Shown: piece after piece, positions 34,759-40,153 of the stretch
How the letters are laid out: the number at the start of each line of letters is the position of its first letter
How positions within the stretch are numbered: the first letter of the stretch is position 1
NCBI GenBank assembly: GCA_002269645.1
Contig: NIVC01004634.1
Coordinates: 1-40,153, forward strand
DNA: 40,153 nucleotides
Direction of reading: 5' to 3'
From: Macrostomum lignano
Taxonomy: Eukaryota
Program-made: the position numbers and the translations under genes
Notes under the pieces: generated by a model
Database searches by the model: none
What the model was told of the DNA's origin: nothing
What the model saw: the letters and a program-made list of their open reading frames with translations, nothing else

Positions 34759-35621
34759 ACTTCAATGCTAGTATTTTGTGTTGTTCTTGTCAAGTACCTA
34801 TTTCTATTATTCGTCACGTGATGTTTACACTGTGATCCAGCCCGGTTGAGGTTTGAAGGAGCTGAAAGTAGAAAACCAGTTGGGAAGACAAAACTCTATT
34901 TTCCAATGTTATTTTATGCCTGGGAACTTTGACCCTATAGACAGGCTTCTCCATCACCGAAGGAGAGGAAATCTGCAGGAAACATTGTCAAAAAATCCCA
35001 CATCGATGGCCTGACTACAAATGACTGTCTGAGTCTACTTAACAACTGCGATTGCAAATATTCTTGTCTTTTTTTAAAGCCAAACTAAACAAACAATTGA
35101 AACAAGGCAACCTCCCAATCATATTTTTTTATTTAAAAGAAAATTGCGCACGAGACGCACTATTAGTTTTAGTTAACCCAGTGAGATAGTCAGATGCACT
35201 TTCGGCTGAGGTATCTATCCGCACTACTAGCAGTAAGTGATTCATACGCAATATTGATGTTTTTCATTCATATTATTTGATATTCCAATATTTGATATGC
35301 TTTACATTTCATATGGAAATAAACATTTTTGAAGCCGAACTGCAACGCTTTTTTATTGTAAAGCAGCGATTCTTATTTGCAAGGTTCTTCATACAACACT
35401 CGTGGGTCCATCAATCAAGAATCTACGAGTGTAGCAGCAGGCTCGCGAAATTTAAGGGCGCGAGTTGAATTTTTTATCCTGCATCTTTCAACAAACATAC
35501 GAACTCTTAAGTCTTAAAAAAGTCTTCCTGATTCTTCAAGTCCCAGGCTCCACAAAATCATCCAGTAAGTCAACACACATTAAAGTATTTCATGCTTGAG
35601 TACCTTGAAGAGGCTCTGATA

Positions 35622-36196
<575 letters not shown>

Positions 36197-36710
36197 CTTT
36201 TCGATCCGTCGCTAATGATTGTTATTAAAGACCATTTTTTGTAGCTAGTAGTACAAATTAACTTCAAACGTATTTATCAACTGGAATAAAGAACAAACGA
36301 CAGGTCGCGAATACACGAATCAGAAGCTACTACTGAAAGACTTGCTTGAAAAGCAGCAAAGTTCTGGCTCCCCCTCCAGGGCTGTCTACTCACGAAATCC
36401 TACGAGCGTAGATTCAAAAGCGCGCCACACTCGAATAATCGTGCAAAAAAATCCACTGAAGGCCGGTTTTCACTGCAAGACGCAAATGATTTTTGCCACT
36501 GAACTGTTTTGCTAAAAAAAATACTCAATCGACCGGCAACACATTGAGATGATTGACATTAAGAAACACTGCCAAGAAATATATAAGCAAAAAATAGGAC
36601 CGACTTTGCCTGCAAGACAAAAATGTCTTGCCTAACCTGTAAACTTATGGGGCAAACGGATGCCCCCAAGCTCAGTAGATGAGGATAGTTGAGTCCAGCA
36701 TCCTTCTACT

Positions 36711-37289
36711 TCAACTGTCCAGCTCCAGCTGCCCGCCAGATTCGTCAACAACTTTTTCCGACTCCTCCAAGTCAACCGGAGCGACGCTCCTGCTCCTGCT
36801 GTCGACGGCCTGTCCAAAGACGTCAGCCTCGTCCTCGAGGGCCGCCGCCACCCGCCAGCTGAGCCGCACCGCGGTCACGCAGTTGTAGATGTGCACGCAG
36901 GCCGACGCGGCCAGCGCCGAATTCACCGCCGCTAAGCCGGTCAGGATGGCCACGCAGATCGCGTCGGCTTCAGTCGGCAGCAGACGCCGATTTGCTGCGC
37001 CAAACAGCAGCAGGCCGACCGCGGCGAGCTGTGCACAAGCGCCCGAGCCGGCGGTGAACACCCGCAGCCACAGCAGGCGGGTCAGGCAGGCGGCGCCTTC
37101 AGCAAACTGCGCCGAGCACAGTAAAGCTACGGAGGCCAAGCACAGAGCGGCACCGACGGCCGTAACGATAACAGCTGGCACGTCATTGGCCAGGCTGACG
37201 GACAGCCAGGCCAGAGGCGCGGCAGCCAGGCAGAGTGACAGCTGCAGCGCCGCGAAGCAGAACCAGAAGCGGCGTTCGTCAGTTTTCAT
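36711..37289 (-). CDS. Intronless small four-TM membrane protein, 192 aa, family not recognised
   Basis: GC-rich ORF with ATG and TGA, four hydrophobic Ala/Leu/Cys-rich segments and an acidic C-tail. Confidence 0.65.
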   Translation of the reverse strand: MKTDERRFWFCFAALQLSLCLAAAPLAWLSVSLANDVPAVIVTAVGAALCLASVALLCSAQFAEGAACLTRLLWLRVFTAGSGACAQLAAVGLLLFGAANRRLLPTEADAICVAILTGLAAVNSALAASACVHIYNCVTAVRLSWRVAAALEDEADVFGQAVDSRSRSVAPVDLEESEKVVDESGGQLELDS

Positions 37290-37806
37290 GTTTTTAGGCT
37301 CATGTAAGAGTCACACTCTGCACTAGGCTGGGCTGGGGCCCCTGTAGCCTAAAACTCTGTCGATTTTATTTCATAATTGCCGTTGATAAGAGCCGTTCAG
37401 ATAAAGAGATCAGCGCTGAGCGGAGAGATCTGGCGAGAAAAACATTGAACGCGCAACATTTCTCCATGTGAGTTCGTTTACATGAGCACAGTATCTAACT
37501 AGATCATTTCTAACCAAGAAACTGAAATGTACAATTACGCGAAATACACGACTTCAGTAGAAGAAAGCTACGCTTGCAAAATCGTGCAAAATTTCCTTGA
37601 GGCTGCATGTTGATAGGAAGTTTTTTTGTGTTTCTCAACACTAAACTGACACTACATGTATCTCACCATATGCTCTTTCAAATGTTGCAAATCAAGCAAT
37701 TAGTGTGCATTTGTTTTCCTAGCTCAGTTCCAAGTTCTTAATCTTTGAAGTAAACAAGAGTTTGTTAAGTGACCAAGTTTTAAAGATATTTCAGCCGGGT
37801 TTGTCC

Positions 37807-38818
37807 ATAGATACTAAAATGACAAGATGGGCCACTCAGACACATATACTTAGTAAAACTGCTTTCTACTTTCAGTTCAGTACCAAAAAAGAATACATAA
37901 GCTATTTTATAAAAAGGCAGCTGAAATGACTTTGATAAGTTTAGAAGCCCAAGCTTGCAGGCGTAAACAACTTGCTAATTGGTTCAGCAGTAATGTAAAT
38001 TAGCCAGTTCACTGAAATGTACATGGCAGCTTAGGCTGGAATTTCGAGAAAGGCAATTAAAAATTGAGGCGGGTGGGGGGTAGTGTGGAAGGGACGCTTT
38101 CATAAGACCTAAATTTCAGCAACGCCTAAACCACCACACTTCACAACACCTAAATTTCATATCGCCTAAATTCACAACGCCTAAAATATTTGCACGCTCT
38201 TTCACATCGCCTAAATTTCACAACGCTAAAACCGAAAATGCAGCATCCTTCACATCACCTAAATTTCATATCGCCTAAATTTCACAACGTCTAAAATCTT
38301 TGCTTCTCTCCTTCACATTCAGTTTTAGGTGTTATGAAATTTAGGCGATATGAAGTTTAGGCGATATGAAAGAGCATGCAGATTTTTAGGCGTTGTGAAT
38401 TTAGGCGATATGAAATTTAGGTGATGTGAAGTAGGATGCATTTTCGGTTTTAGGCGTTATGAAATTTAGGCGATATGAAATTTAGGCGATATGAAGGAGC
38501 GTGCAGAAATTTTAGGCGTTGTGAAATTTAGGCGTTGTGAAGGAGGCTGCATTTTCGATTTTAGGCGTTGTGAAATTTAGGCGTTATGAAATTTAGGTGA
38601 TGTGAAGTCACGTGCTTTAGGCGTTGTGAAATTTAGGTCTTATGAAGCGCCCCCGTGTGGAAAGGCGCGGTTGGAGGTTCAAGCTGGAGGGGGGTAAGAG
38701 CCGATAAATGAGCCTTGGCTTGAAAAATACATTAGAATGCTTCTGTTTAACTTACTACTGAACTGAAAGTAGCTTACACGCAAATGTGCTGAGTGGCCCA
38801 TCTTATTCTAGTAGCTGT
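37807..38818 (+). mobile_element. MITE-like element (~440 bp without insert), interrupted by a foldback element
   Basis: Imperfect TIRs (a[c/t]ag.tacta.aat...gatgggccactcag / ctgagtggcccatc..ttattctagtagctgt). Both halves match 39543-39993 in reverse complement. No TSD found. Confidence 0.8.
38091..38654. mobile_element. Non-autonomous foldback-type DNA transposon, 564 bp, 8-bp TSD
   Basis: GTGTGGAA is duplicated at 38083-38090 and 38655-38662. Termini are gggacgctttcataagacctaaattt / aaatttaggtcttatgaagcgccccc. The arms are built of inverted ~17-bp subrepeats (aaatttaggcgatatga). Confidence 0.88.
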
Positions 38819-39250
38819 GGGTTTGTCTAAGGTACGCTCGTCTCGTAAAAGTCCATTTCACAAAATTCGAGCAGCAGACCTTTGCGAAGTACATCTAGAG
38901 CGTGGACACAACTGCATTTTGCCCGTTGCCGATGTCCCATAATCTTTCGTTAAGCTTTTGCTAGACTGTATAGAAAGGACATGAACCTGAACTCGTATAG
39001 CTTTGCCTGCAGTACCAAGTTTCAAACTGCTTGAAGTGAATTTATCGAGCTTATGCTCAGTGTGCTCGGTTCCGCCCATTCAATTGGTCATCACGCAACC
39101 AATGCAAATTCGAATTATAACGAAAAAAACTGGGCCAACAAATTTGTTTTACTGCCAGATTGATAAATTTGCAGCCGTCCAGTTTTATTAAACGGAAATC
39201 AAAGCTGTCGTCACGCGGATGTTCGATTCAGCTTCCGCAGGCGTCTCAGT

Positions 39251-39418
39251 TCATCGCACGGACCCTTCACACGCGAGACAGAGGGGTTTTGAGGAGGCGG
39301 GTGGGGCATCGCTCGGTTCGGTGAGGGAAGAGGGGCAAAAGTGACAGTTCACAAGGCGCCGCTTCTCAGGACGCCGCAGTCTCAAGGCAGGCCGCCGCTG
39401 CTTCGCTTCCGTCTGCCG
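39251..39418 (-). CDS. Possible terminal exon of a gene entering from beyond the right edge, ending in a CxxC...CxxC motif
   Basis: Pyrimidine-rich acceptor ttcag|CGG at 39418. GC-rich frame RQTEAKQRRP...VNCHFC...LCLACEGSVR*, followed by AATAAA on the minus strand at ~39186-39191. No upstream exon is visible. Confidence 0.35.
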   Translation of the reverse strand, partial: RQTEAKQRRPALRLRRPEKRRLVNCHFCPSSLTEPSDAPPASSKPLCLACEGSVR

Positions 39419-39542
39419 CTGAATTGACGACATGAAAATGAAATGATGAGGCGTGCCCTACGATTCGTACTGAAAATTTGCATTGTTTGTCTAAAAAAAC
39501 ATTTTAAAACCACACACTTGTACCCGTTCTACAGTACTATGG

Positions 39543-39993
39543 ACAGCTACTAGAATAACCAGATGGCCACTCAGCACATTTGCGTGTAAGCTACTTTCAG
39601 TTCAGTAGTAAATTAAACAGAAGCATTTTAATGTATTTTTAAGCCAAGGCTCCTTTATCGGTTCTTACCCCCCCTCCCAGCTTAAACCCTCCAACCGTGC
39701 CTTACCACACTACCCCCCCGCCCGCCGCAATTTTTATCGCCTTTCTTGGAATTCCAGTCTAAAGCTGCTATGTACATTTCAGTGACTGGCTAATGTACAT
39801 TATGGCTGAACCAAATTAGCAAGTTGTTTACGCCTGCAAGCTTGGGCTTCTAAACTTATCAAAAGTCAATTTCAGCTGCTTTTATTTTTATAAAATAGCT
39901 TATATTTTCTTCTTTGCTACTGAACTGATAGTAGAAAGCAGTTTTACTATGTATATATGCCTGAGTGGCTCATCTAGTTATTTTAGTATCTGT
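39543..39993 (-). mobile_element. MITE-like element, uninterrupted copy (451 bp)
   Basis: TIRs acagctactagaataa...gatggccactcag / ctgagtggctcatc...ttattttagtatctgt. It shows the empty site (gtagtgtggtaagg) of the foldback insertion. Confidence 0.8.
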
Positions 39994-40153
39994 GCTCCAA
40001 CCTAAGGACTACTTAAGTAGGATGGGGAACTTCTTTTTAAATACTTTTTTAGACAACATCCACGATCTTCAATCAATCTCGTCAGCTGTTATTATTTTTG
40101 TGTTGAAAAATTTAAAAGCTCCATCTCCGTATTGTATTTTTCGGGTAAAACCA

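Overview
Intron-containing eukaryotic (animal) genomic DNA with GC-rich exons and AT-rich spacers. About 40% of the window (roughly 16-17 kb by my tally) is unrelated tandem minisatellite arrays. This architecture suggests a repeat-rich flatworm such as Macrostomum, which is an inference and not shown by the sequence. Genes reconstructed by hand from GT-AG junctions with matching phases: a C2orf81/DUF4639-like gene (-, last exon apparently frameshifted), a RING-HC + coiled-coil gene (+), two near-identical copies of an orphan secreted-protein gene (-) in a 5.7 kb tandem duplication, a claudin/PMP22/clarin-like tetraspan gene (+), a class A GPCR (+), an intronless 4-TM protein (-) and a possible terminal exon (-). 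Mobile elements: four copies of a tRNA-headed CORE-like SINE, two inverted MITE copies, and a foldback element with an 8-bp TSD nested in one MITE. The very long ORFs in the track are artefacts of stop-free repeats. No prokaryotic-type system such as CRISPR is present. The most notable observations are that distinct arrays sit at or across splice sites and stop codons, that one array reiterates a complete 3' splice site seven times, and that two arrays reiterate Pol III A-box or B-box motifs.
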